Counted from the stretch's first letter, positions 1-12,225 are shown. The stretch is 64,000 nucleotides of DNA from a virus (IMGVR_UViG_3300017791_000355:71662-135661); one strand, 5' to 3'. Notes: generated by a model not told the origin, from the sequence alone. Program-made: numbers and translations.

Positions 1-2
1 TC

Positions 3-77
3 GAGGTCCGCCTGGAGGACGTGCAGCTCCTCGACTATGACCCGCACCCGGCGATCAAGTACGAGGTGGCGGTCTAG
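3..77 (+). CDS. thyA: Thymidylate synthase, C-terminal fragment (gene starts before the window)
   Basis: The frame from nt 3 reads EVRLEDVQLLDYDPHPAIKYEVAV*, the characteristic ThyA C-terminus (Y-x-P-H-P-x-I-K...VAV). Confidence 0.85.
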   Translation, partial: EVRLEDVQLLDYDPHPAIKYEVAV

Positions 78-85
78 CCGATTCT

Positions 86-134
86 TGAAAGCTCGGACCC
101 CTCCGCGGAGTTTGTCCAGGGAACGAACCTGGAC
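86..134 (+). promoter_or_regulatory. ECF-type promoter plus GTCCAGG-N7-CCTGGAC palindrome
   Basis: TGAAA-N19-GTT at 86-112, then GTCCAGGGAACGAACCTGGAC at 114-134. Confidence 0.6.
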
Positions 135-155
135 CAGGCCGAGGACCGAAGCCAA

Positions 156-1220
156 ATGACTCATTTCACCGTCACTGTCAAGATCAACAGCGAGCGTCTC
201 GCGAGACATCAAGGCAACGTGAATTCCGCGCTCGCGGAGCTGCTCGCACCGTTCTGCGAACACGAGAACGACGGCAACTCGAAGCAGTACTTCCAGTTCC
301 TCGACGACGAGGATGAGTACTTGCGAGAGTACGAGACGGAGACGAGTAGTTGCGTGCGCCTGGCGTCCGGCGAGGTTGTCTCGAAGTACGACCCAAAGTA
401 CGGATTTCGCATCCGGTCGAGCATTGGTTGGTCGAGCAACGACAGGTACGAGTACCCGCCCGGCGCGGTCGAGCTCGAGGTCCCGCACAAGGAGCGCTAT
501 TCGAGCTTCGAGGCGTTCGTAGGAGATTGGCACGGCACGAAGGCGCGCGACCCGGAGAAGAATCGCTACGGTCACTACGCGAATCCAAACGCGAAGTGGG
601 ACTGGTACTGCGTCGGCGGTCGCTGGACCGGGCACTTCCCGGTAGTACCCGACGCTCGTGTGAGGGTGACGCAACCGCGGGATAAGTGGGACGCTATTCC
701 GAAGGTCGGATACTCGGACGTCGTGACTGCAGTGAATATCGACTGGGAGAAGGTCGACTCGGACCACGCTCGAGAGATGGAGAAATACTTCGCGGAGTAC
801 GAGGAGTTGATCGCTGGTAAGGAGTTCGACGGTTTCGACGGTCCGCGAAGTCGAGCTCTAGACATCGGACTCCTTCGCATCGAACAAGGTCCGTATCCGT
901 CTCCGAAGGCGCACGAGGTCGTTCTGCCGTGGTCGCGATACGAGAATCTTCGCGGGACCGAACGTTTCGAGTGGAACGACGTCGCGACTCGCGTCTCGTA
1001 CGACGAGTTCCGCGCCAAGTACGGCGCGTGCCTCCACCCGCTCAAGACCTACGCGGCGCTCGACGACGACGGCTGGCACGCGCCTGGCGCCATGGGCTGG
1101 TTCGGGTGCTCCAGTGACACGCCGAATCAGTACCTGGAGTTCGCCGAGTGGCTCCATGGCGCATTCTTCGAGCGATACCAGAGCACGGATACTCTGGTGA
1201 TCGTGGACTGTCACATCTGA
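156..1220 (+). CDS. Conserved phage hypothetical protein
   Basis: 354 aa ORF with NPNAKWDWY..GGRW and a terminal VDCHI, a pattern recurrent in phage proteins. A promoter motif precedes it at 86-134. Confidence 0.7.
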   Translation: MTHFTVTVKINSERLARHQGNVNSALAELLAPFCEHENDGNSKQYFQFLDDEDEYLREYETETSSCVRLASGEVVSKYDPKYGFRIRSSIGWSSNDRYEYPPGAVELEVPHKERYSSFEAFVGDWHGTKARDPEKNRYGHYANPNAKWDWYCVGGRWTGHFPVVPDARVRVTQPRDKWDAIPKVGYSDVVTAVNIDWEKVDSDHAREMEKYFAEYEELIAGKEFDGFDGPRSRALDIGLLRIEQGPYPSPKAHEVVLPWSRYENLRGTERFEWNDVATRVSYDEFRAKYGACLHPLKTYAALDDDGWHAPGAMGWFGCSSDTPNQYLEFAEWLHGAFFERYQSTDTLVIVDCHI

Positions 1221-1573
1221 TGAGCACGCAACACTTCATGAACGGCATCGCAGGCCAGGAGATCAAGGGCTGTAGCTGCGGCTTCGAGTGCTCCACGGCC
1301 GAGGAGTGGCGCGAGCACTATCGACAGACGTTGAAGTCGTCGGCCTCGAGTCGCGCGAGTACCATGCGACGCTTCGTCCTCGTGCGCGCGGAGGACGTCA
1401 GTGGCACGTCCGGTACCGGCGTCGTCGCCGAGGGCGTGGAGTTCTCGAACGGCTCGGTCGCTATCCACTGGATCTCCCAGCTCGAGTCGATGGAGATCTG
1501 CGCGAACATGCACGTTGTCGATCAGATCCACGGTCACGGCGGACGGACGTCGGTTCAGTGGGTCGACGAGTAG
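1220..1573 (+). CDS. Phage hypothetical protein (DVSGTSGTGVVAEG motif)
   Basis: The ATG overlaps the upstream stop (TGATG). The motif RxEDVSGxSGTGxVAEGVEFSxG is common in phage proteins. Confidence 0.65.
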   Translation: MSTQHFMNGIAGQEIKGCSCGFECSTAEEWREHYRQTLKSSASSRASTMRRFVLVRAEDVSGTSGTGVVAEGVEFSNGSVAIHWISQLESMEICANMHVVDQIHGHGGRTSVQWVDE

Positions 1574-1574
1574 C

Positions 1575-1823
1575 ATGGGTTGCTACGACATCATCCGCGT
1601 CCCGTGTCCGACCTGTCAGGAAGTCGAGGACTTCCAGTCCAAGGGTGGACCTTGCAGCCTCTACACGTACGACCTCGACGACGCGCCGGCAGATGTCCTG
1701 ATGGATGTGAATCGCCACAGCCCGTACACGTGTAGGAGGTGCGGGACTCAGTTCCAAGTCGCGACCCGATTCATCGCCATCGCGAAGTCAGTCGTTTACG
1801 AACCAGAGCAAGAGGACGAGTGA
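1575..1823 (+). CDS. Small zinc-ribbon protein
   Basis: Contains CPTC...CRRC and FQSK motifs, and is tightly packed in the operon. Confidence 0.55.
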   Translation: MGCYDIIRVPCPTCQEVEDFQSKGGPCSLYTYDLDDAPADVLMDVNRHSPYTCRRCGTQFQVATRFIAIAKSVVYEPEQEDE

Positions 1824-2514
1824 TGCTGAAGTCGATCATCCAGTCGGGGTTCCAGGGTCGGTACGTGTCCGAGCGGTTGCAGCGAGGGTGCATGCATAGC
1901 TGCATTCGCGAACGTCCCCGACTCGGCCGGGGCAAGACTCTGACGCTCGGTCCCATCGACGAGAGCGGGCCCTGGAGCCTCGACTAGATGAGCGACTTCT
2001 GGAAGAACGTCCGCGAGTTCGCCGCGCTGCGCGAGCACATCCCGGCGTGCGCTCTCTGGTGTACGACGAGCACTTCGACTTGACGGAGAAGCAATGATCG
2101 ACGAGACCAAGAGCAACGACACGTGGAACCGACTACTGGACGACATCCTCGACGGGAAGCCGTTCCACGTCGTCGACTCTCGGGAGCTCCGACGCGCGCT
2201 CGAACAAAGGTCGTGGGACCGGCTCCGCGAGGCGTTTGCGAGGATTCGGGAGAACTGCAAGTGATCAACCCAAACCAGTTCCCCACTCGACTGGATGTCA
2301 CCAAGGTTGAGCAGAAGGCCATCGAGGACCACATCGATCGACACCTTCAGGCCAACCGACGGAACGAGTGGCCGCTCACCATTCCCTCCGCTCGCTGTAC
2401 GTGGCGACCGGAAAACCTCCAAGTCGTCCTCGACAAGTACAAGTTGATCGGGTGGCGAGTAATCATCCCCTTCACGGGCGACCTGGCGATCTTCGATCTG
2501 CCGAAGGACCATTG

Positions 2515-2811
2515 ATGCGCGCTGTACTTGTCTTCCTTCTCCTCGCGGCCTGCGGCAACGATGCCGTGGACTACGCGAAGTTCCTCGACCCGAAGGTCGA
2601 CTGCACCGACCTCCATAACAAGGACAAGAACTTCGGCGACGTAGCGATCTGTTTTCGCAACGTCGCGCCCAACGCGCCGTCCGAGTGGTGGCTCTGTACG
2701 AGCCGTCCTCTCGAGTGTCAGGTTCTCGGCGACAAGATCAAGCACGTCCTGGTCGTGCCCACCGTCCCGACGAAGGTCCCCGCGGAAGTCCCACCCACGG
2801 AGTCCAAGTGA
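2515..2811 (+). CDS. Putative lipoprotein
   Basis: Signal peptide and lipobox MRAVLVFLLLAAC; ATGA-type overlap with the upstream ORF. Confidence 0.6.
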   Translation: MRAVLVFLLLAACGNDAVDYAKFLDPKVDCTDLHNKDKNFGDVAICFRNVAPNAPSEWWLCTSRPLECQVLGDKIKHVLVVPTVPTKVPAEVPPTESK

Positions 2812-4435
2812 CGGACCGGCGCGCGGGCGGACCGCGACACTACGGTCACCACTGGTCGTGCCGCGACAAGAAGTGCGAGGGTTGCTGCCTGGTCGTACCG
2901 ATCGGCGACGACATGAAGTGCACGTGTGACCCGTCGGGACGATGTCCGATCGAGCCGGACTGCGATGCCGGATCGTGCACCGTGTCCGAGGTCCTCGAGT
3001 CCGGACACTCGATCCGATGGCCGTCCGGCGCTATCGCGACCACCGCCGGTCCACGCACGCTCGACCTCGAGGAAGAGCACGACGTGGTGAGGAAGTTACT
3101 GCTCGAGCGCGGGATCGACCCGTGTGCGGGGTGCGCGTCGCGCGGCGCGGAGCCGAAGACCGAGTACTGGACGGAGTGTGGTCACGCGGATGCGTCCGCG
3201 AGAGAGTGCTCGTACCAGTCGGAGATCAACGGCGTCGATCGAACCTGTCTCTGCTGCGACTCGTGCGCGCACGAGTGCGCGATGGACGTGTGATGACCGA
3301 CGAGGACAAGGACTTCTGCTTCATGATCATCATCCCGTTCGGCACGTTCGGGGTGTTCCTCTGGTGCACTCTGTACTTCAACGGAGGCTGCTGATGCCCA
3401 GGCACTCTGACTACGGACTCATCACCGACCTCGACTGCTGGATGCACGAGGCGTGGCCGTCGTTCATGGAGACGATGGAGGGACGTTTGTACGGCGAGTC
3501 GGCACTGAACGCCGCGTGGGCATTCTTCAAGGCGGGTTGGCGTGCCCGTGACAAGGACAAACGATGAACCTCGACCTCAACAACCTTCACTGGTACGGCT
3601 GGGCGCTGCTCGCGATCTCGGCTGCAGGCTTCCTCAACGAGGTCGCGGGCGCGATGCGCTACGTGCGTCGCGGCGACGTCGGCGTGAGCTTCCTCGTGCC
3701 CATCTGCGGCCTGACGATCGTGCTGTACATGCTGGTGTCAGCGTGAAGTTCTCGTACGAGGACTTGAAGGCCTGGTGTGTCCGGATCGTCGAGGGCCCCG
3801 GTGGACTCGAGGACTGGCACAAGTACGAGTGCTTCGGCACCGAGCCCACGACCGTCGAGGTCGTCGAGTGGGTCATCCGCTGCCTGGGGAACCCGAAGTG
3901 CGAGGGCAGCTCGCAGGTCCTCGAGGCGATCGCGGACCGTCGCGAGTTCAAGCAGCGAGGTGGGAAGTGATCTGCACCCACGCGCTCGAGACCGTGTGCC
4001 CTCGGACGTCAGACGGTAGGTACGAGTTCAACGTAATTCGTCAGATTTGGGACGGCATCTGGTACCGCGTGATCGAGTTCGGTCACCCGATCAAGCACTG
4101 CATCGCGTGTGGTCTGCTGCACGGTTACCCGTTCGACCCGCAGTCTCTCCCCCAAACCGACGACGGATTGGCCGACGAACTCGCGCTTTGCGAGGAGGCT
4201 CAGTCATGACCGAACCTTTTGCCTACAGCGTCGATGCGAGTTGGTCCAGCGGAACTTCACGTCGCTGGCACGCTGCCCATCCCAACTCGCCGATTTGGAA
4301 TGTACTCGTAGCTGCGTGCAACGAGTCGCTCGTGCTGAACGAGCACGAATACTACGAGGTCCGTGGCGCACCTCTCGGGTCGCTCTGCCGCACAAAGCAG
4401 TGCACGAAGGCGTTCGGGCTCGTGAAGGTGGCCAA

Positions 4436-5209
4436 ATGACCACCATCATCGGCACCTGCGGACCCGCCGGCTCTGGCAAGTCCACGGTCGCGTCTCATCT
4501 CGTCGAACGCTACGGCGCCGGCCGCTACGCGTTCGCGGACCCGCTCAAGCAGCTCTGCATCCGCACCTTGGACTTCGCCCACGAGCAGCTCAACGGTACC
4601 CAGGCCCAGAAAGAGGCGGTCGATCCGCGCTACGGGTTCTCGGCGCGCTGGTTCATCCAGCGCCTGGGCACCGAGGGTGTGCGGACCGTGCTCGGGCCCG
4701 ACTTCTGGTGGCGCTACGCGCTCGCCCGCATCTCCATCGACGCTCCTGATCTCGCCGTCATAGAGGACGTGCGATTCGTCAACGAGGCCGACGGCGTTCG
4801 CGGGACGTGCGGGGACCCGGTCGACGTGGTCGAGATCACCGATGAGCTCGTGACGGAGATTGGCTGGTACACACTGGGCGGACGACGCGCCGGCGACCTG
4901 ACCATGGACGATTTCCTCGACCGCCTGGGTGCAGCATTTCGCTGCACCTTCGGGGGGGAGATCGCCCTCGGTGGTTGGGACGTCGACCTGGGTTACGTCT
5001 GGCGCCTCGAGTCGCCACGCTTCGCGCTGACGTCGGACCCGACTCACGCCTCCGAGGCCGAGTGGTCCAAGTGCGCGTACGATCTCCGGATCGCTCCGCG
5101 CGAGCACGGCCTGGACGCACTGTTCGAGCTCGTAGACCGAGCCGCACACTTCTGTGGGATCCCACGCATCGCCGAGCGTGAGGCTGCACTAGTCGACGAC
5201 GCGGCGTAA
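4436..5209 (+). CDS. Deoxynucleoside monophosphate kinase
   Basis: P-loop GPAGSGKST plus FADPLK, R..Q.LGTE and IEDVRF.NE motifs of phage dNMP kinases. Confidence 0.85.
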   Translation: MTTIIGTCGPAGSGKSTVASHLVERYGAGRYAFADPLKQLCIRTLDFAHEQLNGTQAQKEAVDPRYGFSARWFIQRLGTEGVRTVLGPDFWWRYALARISIDAPDLAVIEDVRFVNEADGVRGTCGDPVDVVEITDELVTEIGWYTLGGRRAGDLTMDDFLDRLGAAFRCTFGGEIALGGWDVDLGYVWRLESPRFALTSDPTHASEAEWSKCAYDLRIAPREHGLDALFELVDRAAHFCGIPRIAEREAALVDDAA

Positions 5210-5369
5210 CGCAGCAGTCCAGTGCAGAACCCCTGGACTACCCCATCACAGTGCATTTTTAGTATTGCCGATGAACAGCGGTCGTGGGAAGTTGGTCGGG
5301 TCGTGTCGGGGAAGCGCAGTGTGATCGGGGAGCACGCGACGCCACATTTCCTGGTGAGAAGGAAGTTAG

Positions 5370-6104
5370 ATGACTGAGCCAGAGACCTCCGACCTCTCCC
5401 CCAATGACCTACAATTCGAAGAACACTGTCTGCCGCATCTCCAGGAGTTGACGAACTACGCGCGACGACTTGCGCGAGGAGACGTCCAGAGGGCCCACGA
5501 CGTCGTCCAGGACTCCATCATCCGCGCCATGCGGGGATGGTCACACTTTGTCCTGGACCCCAGCGCGAACGTCAAGCGCGCCGTGCTGGGCTGGCTCTAC
5601 CGCATCGTTCACAACACCTTCATGAGCGCTCACAAGGCGTCGAAGTGCAGGGCCGAGCACAACGCCAAGCTGATCGTCGAGAATCGCGTCGATGGTGTCA
5701 ACGACCTCGTAGACGAGGTCGAGCTCGCCGGCGAGGACCCGAGAGACGCGGACGAGGGCGCTGGGGAGGAGGTGCTCGACGCGGTCGCCAGCCTCACGCC
5801 GGCCTATCGCCAGGCAATCGAGATGTACTACTTCGAGGGTCGGGCGATCGACGAGATCGCGGTCGAGTTGGGCATCCCCCGAAACACGGTCTTCACGCGC
5901 CTGCACCGGGCGCGGAAGTCGCTCAAGAAGTCCCTCTCCAAGTACGCGATCCAGAACCGCCTCGCGCTCCCGCCGCCGATGCTAGAGGACGCGCTACAGG
6001 TCGAGGGCGAAGCGCTCGAGGCGCCCGAGGAACTTGAGGCCGATGCCCGTCGCGTCGACTGCGTCGTGACTGGGCACGATCGCGGCGAGCTCCTCGTCGC
6101 GTAG
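5370..6104 (+). CDS. ECF sigma factor (SigH/SigR-like)
   Basis: Region 2 (AHDVVQD..IRA..W, WLYRIVHNTF) and region 4 HTH (EIAVELGIPRNTVFTRLHRARKSL). Confidence 0.9.
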   Translation: MTEPETSDLSPNDLQFEEHCLPHLQELTNYARRLARGDVQRAHDVVQDSIIRAMRGWSHFVLDPSANVKRAVLGWLYRIVHNTFMSAHKASKCRAEHNAKLIVENRVDGVNDLVDEVELAGEDPRDADEGAGEEVLDAVASLTPAYRQAIEMYYFEGRAIDEIAVELGIPRNTVFTRLHRARKSLKKSLSKYAIQNRLALPPPMLEDALQVEGEALEAPEELEADARRVDCVVTGHDRGELLVA

Positions 6105-6560
6105 TCGGGACCGGACGATCACACCGCGCGGCGAGGCCCACGGGTCGCCCTTCTCGGCCTTGGGGATCCCGCCGCACCACTCTCTCGGCAGGTAGTCGAG
6201 GACCTCGGCGTCGAGCTCGCACGCGATAGCGACGTCCACGCCGGCGAGCGGTACTAGGTCGTTCGGGTCGCCCTTGCTCTTGCCCTGGCGATACACCTGG
6301 GGCCACTCCACTCCCACGACCGAGACGTGCGCGCTAGGCGCCGCGTGCTCTCGGATCCAGGCGGCTACCAGGACACCGACGCGTCGGCATCGCTCTGCGC
6401 GGCCGAGTTCGGAAAAGTCCTTGGGGACCTTGACCCGCGACGCGGCGACCAGGCGACCGCGATCCCAGACCGCCGCGGCGGGGTTGCGGAGTCCGGGGTC
6501 CGCGGAAGCGAACCATCCGAGGGCCAGGCGGCGAGCGAGATCGAGGTCAGCGTAGTGCAC
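5994..6560 (-). CDS. RuvC-like Holliday junction resolvase
   Basis: RNase H-fold acidic motifs ADPG...VEWPQ...P.EW...HDAVDA.GIG. Confidence 0.7.
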   Translation of the reverse strand: MHYADLDLARRLALGWFASADPGLRNPAAAVWDRGRLVAASRVKVPKDFSELGRAERCRRVGVLVAAWIREHAAPSAHVSVVGVEWPQVYRQGKSKGDPNDLVPLAGVDVAIACELDAEVLDYLPREWCGGIPKAEKGDPWASPRGVIVRSRLRDEELAAIVPSHDAVDATGIGLKFLGRLERFALDL

Positions 6561-9500
6561 GTCCAGGTGGAACCACTGGACGGCGGGCGGTGCTTTCGCT
6601 GAGAGATTCGACGATGTGTCAGCTGACGTTCCAATGAACGTGTACTTGACCGTTCACGAGTCTTACGTCTACCTGAGGATCGTCGAAACCATGAGTCTCG
6701 AGGACGTGGCGCACCTCGTCCCTGACCCGGTTCAGTGTCTGCCGCGAAATCTCCATCCCCAATAATGGTCCAACGCCGACGCGCATGGATTCTTCTAACG
6801 CCGCGACGATGCGCTCGCGCTCGAGGACCTCGACAATGGGCGGCAGGCGCGTCGCGTTAGTCCACGGCAAGTCCTTCGAGTTGACGAGTAGAGGAGTCAG
6901 GAGCTCCTCGACTTCGCTCATCAGGGCAGCGACGACGTGCCAGGGTTGCTGGGACTCTCTCGCGTCCTTGAGGACTTCGTGAACATCCCTGACGTCGCGG
7001 AGGACCTTCAGCGGGCCGGGCATTAGAGCTTCGTAGTCGGGTCACAGGGACCCCAGTAATGCGGGTCCTGGAGACAATACTTACCTCCAAAACGAGGACC
7101 CCCGCACACGAAGAGTACGTATCGTCTCGGTTCCTCGTCGCCGTCGTCGCGGTTCTCGTAGACCCGTCGGAATCCGCTGGGCGTCACGCAGAGCTGCTCG
7201 ACGAGCTCGAGCAGTGTCGGCTCGGGGAACTTGAGGTCGGTCAACGCGACGGTCACGAGTCGACCCCGTCGACCCACCACGTGTGCTGGCAGGAGAAGCA
7301 CCTGAACTCGTCATCGTCCCATCCACCGCACGACGACGTGTGTGTTCGATACTTCACGTCCGCGACGTTGCAACGTCGACACTTCAAGATGTTGGCCGAC
7401 TTCCACTCGTCCGGCTCGTCGAACTTCACTGGAGTCCCTGGCATGTGAGTCATCTCGCCTCCGCGTTCGCGCCGACGCACACGCGGTCGCACTCTGTAGT
7501 CGTGGTCGGGATGCAGCTCGTGATGACCATTCCGTTGCCGTAGTCGACGGTCGAGCAGATCTGGTCCTCGACCTGATGACAATTTCGACGCTCGAAGTGG
7601 CCGCCGTTGTCGACGCAACGGTGGTACTCGCGGACCGCCCCGACGATGCCGAAAACGATCAGCGTGAGCACCAAGGCGATGCCGAGCACGGCACCGATGA
7701 CGGGCAGGGCGCGGGTCACGGCTCGACCTCGCTCACGAGCACCCACGGCGACTGCTCGTTCTCCAGCAACTTCGCGTGCTCGATCTCTTCAGCGAGCGTT
7801 CTCGGGATCTCCTTCTCGTTGACGACGAAGCGCCAGCGAGTGAACGGGTCCCCCGCGGCCGTGCCGTAGTAGACAGTCGCACGACGCTTCCACCACAGCA
7901 TGCCGCGGTACACGTGCGCCTCCATGCGTTCGCAGTTGAGAAACTTGATCTTCATCGTTCATCCTCGTCCACGCGGAAACCTTCCCTGCGAAAGCCCTCG
8001 GCGCACTTCGCGCAGACACGAAGTCCGTACTCAGTGGTCGCGGAGGCCTCGTTCTCGCAAAGGACGTCGCGGTAGTCCTCCTCGTACTCCTTGTCTGGAC
8101 CAAGCACGAGGACCGGCTTGACCTCGATCGTTTCGCACTTCATCGGTTCAATCCACCGAACAAGATGATCTTACGTCTCACTTCATTCTCTTCGCGAGCA
8201 CGCCGACGAGCGGCACCTCGGCTCGCACACCGCAGTAGTCCGTCACGAAGCAGGCAAGTGACTCGTGAGCATCGTAGGAATGCCCGTGGTCGCTTACCTG
8301 AAACGAACCGGTCCGGACCTTGATGACGATGACCTCGTGCTGACCATTAGGCCACTTGACGAGGAGTTCCTCGCCGTCTCGGAGATCGACGCCATCGAGG
8401 CGATCGATCGAGCACCAGTTGCTGTAGCGCTCGATGGCGCGGAGGTCGCCGCTCATCGTTCGACCAAGAACTTCACGCCGACCGTCGGTCGGTCGCAGAC
8501 CTTGAACTGGTGTCCGCAGGCCTGGCACTCGTGGATCTTGTGCGGTCGAGTCGCCCACTCACCTTCGTCGATGTGGCGCTCGAAGCAATTCGGGCATTCC
8601 AGGAGCATGCGGATGGGGAGTTCGTCCGCGGCACGCTTCTCGTCGAGCTTCCGGATCAGGTCAATGACCTGAAGACGCATCGAGCCGACCTGAGAAGTCA
8701 TGGACCGGTCGCTGAAGTCGGCAGGTGCACCAGCGCCGAAGAGGTCGAGGGCCACGTATAAGTCGTGGCGGAGGGACTCGTAACTGTCCTGGAGCTCCTG
8801 GATCAACGCGGAGATCTTTGCATCGAACTGCTTACGATCAGCGAGCTCGATCAGCGCAGCGTCACGTTCCGCCGCGATCTTGTCGTAGAGTTGACTCGAG
8901 ACGCCGTGGTCAATGACGTCGCTCACAGCGAGAACCTCGCCCGGAGGTTGGCCTGCTCCTCGGTCCCGAGTCCGGAGAACGAGATCGCGAACTCGAGGAG
9001 CTTCTTGTCGTCGCCGTGCTCGCAGACGTCGTGTCCGAGACCTGGTCGCGCCGCGGCGTCGGTCCGATAGTCATCGGACGCGTAGTACGCGAGCGCGGCG
9101 TCGATCATCTGGTTCAGCGCGTCGAGGGGAGAGTCGGCCGCGAAGAGGTCGAGCGCGCCGTAGTGGTAGAACGACGCGACGAACCGCGTGTGCTCGACGT
9201 CCTCGTAGTCACCGCCCATGTACTCCGCGCGCAGGAACTCGTCCGCGTCGAGGCGGAACTGGATCTCCGAGTTCCCGCAGCTCGGCTCGTGGACCTTCAC
9301 CAGGCGCTCGAGGAACGCGGCCGCGTTCGCGGTGGTCAGGCCGAGGGTGTGGATCCGCATCACGTCGCTGTACGCGTAGCAGCGACCCGTGCAGGCCTCG
9401 TACTTCATTCGGAAAAGCTTTCTCATGGCCTACTCCTTCGTCTCTACTTCGAAGAACTCCATCGCCTCGCTCGCGCTTTCAGAAATCACCACGTGACCCA

Positions 9501-10042
9501 GAACAGACCCAATTCGTCGACCCTCACCTTCAGCCCGAGCTCGGCGGCGACCTCGGCCTGGTACTTGTCGACGGCTGTCGGCAGGCGGCGCTGACCGCTA
9601 GAGGCGGCCTCGAGAACCTTCTTGTACAACGTGGACGGCTGCCCATCGTCCTCGCCGTGGGCCCACTTCCGGGCTGCCTGTCGCGCTCTCTTCTCGCCCT
9701 CCGCGAAGCGTGCCTCGCCCTCCGCGATCGCGTTCGCGATGGTCGAGTCGAGGGGCGTTGTTGAAGCTCCGAATCGTTCGAGTGCGTCTTGTTGAGGGGT
9801 CATCTTAAGGTTCCGTGGGAAAGAGATCGCCCGACCCGTCCGAAATGACGAGCTCGATCTCCGAGTCGAGGTCCCAGTCGCGAAACACGTCGCGAGCCCC
9901 GCCGCAGTTGTTGACCACGTTCACGACGTCCAAGACGGTCGGATTGTCGGGCGCGTCGCCGTCGGGCCAAATGTCATCAACGCGCAGCTCAACGGAGCGC
10001 TCGAAGTGGAAGTACCAGGTTTTGTTCTTGGCTTCGATCATG

Positions 10043-10618
10043 TCACTCCGCTTCCTTCTTCTCGGCCTCGTCGCACGCGCGTAGGAGCGACGCCGCCAGA
10101 ACGCGCGCCTCGCGCACGTCGAGGAAGAACTGTTCCTCTACGTCGAGGAACGGCGAGATACGCACGCAGATGTCGCGGTCATCGTCACAGTCGTCGATGA
10201 AGAATGCCTCGGCGTCGTCGTCGATCCAGTGCATGCGATCGTAAGCCTTGATGCTGGACTCGCCCATGAGGATTCCGAGATTCTGATACAAGGTGGTACT
10301 CAGAATGCCCTCGTTTCGCACCACTCCGACCGCGCGGTCGTCGTAGAGGCGCTCCATCCGACCGCACTTGTGCGCCTGCACCGGGACGATCTCGCCGAGG
10401 TGCTCCTGACACCAGGCCTCGATCATCGCGCGCTGGACTTCGCGGTCGGAGTACTCCGGCGCGACGCGTGCCGTGATGATGCGGACCTCGACGTCGTCAT
10501 CGAGGTAACGCTTCGCGAGCGCGACCATCTCTGGGATGGGCGCGCCGACGTGATCCACGTCCGCACCCTCCTCGTGTATCGCGAGCGTGCCATCAAGGTC
10601 GAAACCAACATACTTCAT
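10043..10618 (-). CDS. HAD-superfamily phosphatase (polynucleotide kinase phosphatase-like)
   Basis: FDLDGTLA, IITAR and YDDRA motifs. Confidence 0.8.
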   Translation of the reverse strand: MKYVGFDLDGTLAIHEEGADVDHVGAPIPEMVALAKRYLDDDVEVRIITARVAPEYSDREVQRAMIEAWCQEHLGEIVPVQAHKCGRMERLYDDRAVGVVRNEGILSTTLYQNLGILMGESSIKAYDRMHWIDDDAEAFFIDDCDDDRDICVRISPFLDVEEQFFLDVREARVLAASLLRACDEAEKKEAE

Positions 10619-11188
10619 GAGTGTTCCTTGCTCATTGACTCATCGGTCAAGTACTGCGTCGTGATCTCAACGCCTAGACGATGAAGATCGTAGATGTGGA
10701 AGGACCAACCGGCGAGTCGGTCCCAGTCGCTGCCGATCTCGAACTCGTGAGAGTCGCCGAAGATGTCGAGGCAGACGTCCCGATCAGTACATCGAAGCGC
10801 TAGAGCAATCGCATTCGAGTCAGACAGTCTGACGGCGCGTCGAATCGAGTGCTCACCATTGGTTGCGGTGTAGCGAACCCAACCAGGTTCGTAGGTCACG
10901 CTGCCTCCGTCGAGGGCTCGAGCGACACCTTCAAGACGACACGCTCGGTCCACTCGTGGGTCTTCCACCTCGTGGCGTTCGCGTCGTCCAGACCCTCCTC
11001 GAGTTCGTGCTCGAACGTGATGTTGAAGGGCTCGTTCGCGACAGGGTAAGAGAGGTAGTCCGATTCCGAGTAGTCTCGCTCGTCAACGTACCCGCAGTAC
11101 GGGCAGGTCGATCTGATCTTCGCTGAAAGATGGAAGCGCTTGACCTCGAGTTCGAATGCTCGGTCGAGTTGCTCGATGACAAGTTGGC

Positions 11189-11905
11189 TCACGCGGCCTC
11201 CGACGTCGACTCGACCACCGCGAGCACCGAGAGGTAGTAGCGAAGCGAGGCCAGCGACACCTCGATGTCCTTCATCCCGCGGTGCGCGTCGTTCGCGGCG
11301 CGCGGGCGCCCCTCGTACGTGGAGGGCCAGAACCGACGCGCGACCTCGTTCAAGGTGCTGACGTCGAGATTGCGGTAGTGCAACGTGTCGAGCGTCTTCG
11401 GGAAGTGCGCGGCCAGGAACCCGCGATCGAAGGAGATGCTCGAACCCGCGAGCTGGGGCTTGTCGAGGCGGGACGTGATCTTCGGAATCGGTCCGCGCGT
11501 GTCCTTGACCTCCACGTGCTGATGCGCGTGCTCCTCGATGAAGCGCGCGAGGTCGGCGTCCACGGTCGCGAGTGCCTGGCCGCGGCGAACCTCCTGCCAC
11601 AGACCGTTGTCGGTGTGCATCTTCACCACGAACGGATCGACGTCCTGTTTTCCGGTGTCGTGGAAGCGGTAGCACTCGACGATCAGTCCGAGGTCGATGT
11701 TGTTGTAGCCCGCGGCGAGCGCCCGCAACTTCTCGTCGAACTCGGGCACGCGGCTCAGGACTCGGTCCGCGATCGGTGAGTAGATGACGCGCTGGAAGCA
11801 CGCGCGCTCGTTCAGCGCATCGTCCGTCACGATCACGGCGACCTCGAGGACGTCCTCCTCGAGTGGGTCGAGACCGGTGGTCTCCAGGTCAAGCCAGACG
11901 AGCAT
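11189..11905 (-). CDS. orn: Oligoribonuclease (DEDDh exonuclease)
   Basis: Motifs LVWLDLETTGLDP, MH..NGL, LAGSSI.FDR.FL, LHYRNLDVSTL and HR...DI..S. Start reassigned to the ATG at 11905. Confidence 0.9.
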   Translation of the reverse strand: MLVWLDLETTGLDPLEEDVLEVAVIVTDDALNERACFQRVIYSPIADRVLSRVPEFDEKLRALAAGYNNIDLGLIVECYRFHDTGKQDVDPFVVKMHTDNGLWQEVRRGQALATVDADLARFIEEHAHQHVEVKDTRGPIPKITSRLDKPQLAGSSISFDRGFLAAHFPKTLDTLHYRNLDVSTLNEVARRFWPSTYEGRPRAANDAHRGMKDIEVSLASLRYYLSVLAVVESTSEAA

Positions 11906-12225
11906 CAGTTCTTCTCCTCGATCGGGGCAAGGGCAGGGACTTCCAACACCGGCGCTGTGATCGGATCCGCGGTCGGCGCCAGGCGCTCCACGAAGCACGT
12001 GCCCCACCGACGCGACGCCCCGGTCTTGAAGCACTTGAAGATGAACTCGTAGTCGGTGCCGTCCGAGCTGACATCGAGAACGCGCGTCTCGAAGTAGTGG
12101 TGCACGGTCCAACCGGGCTTGTGGATCCCTGCCGAGACCAGCCACGCACGTGTGGTGCTTGGCTTCGGTGACTTGGAGGTGGGTGTGAGTGCTGCTTGCA
12201 TTATGTTCCCTGGAAAACTCCGCGA

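Noticed and set aside
1-155. Host-prophage junction after thyA
   Set aside because: No integrase or att repeat is visible. thyA is a common phage gene and is co-oriented with the dNMP kinase arm.
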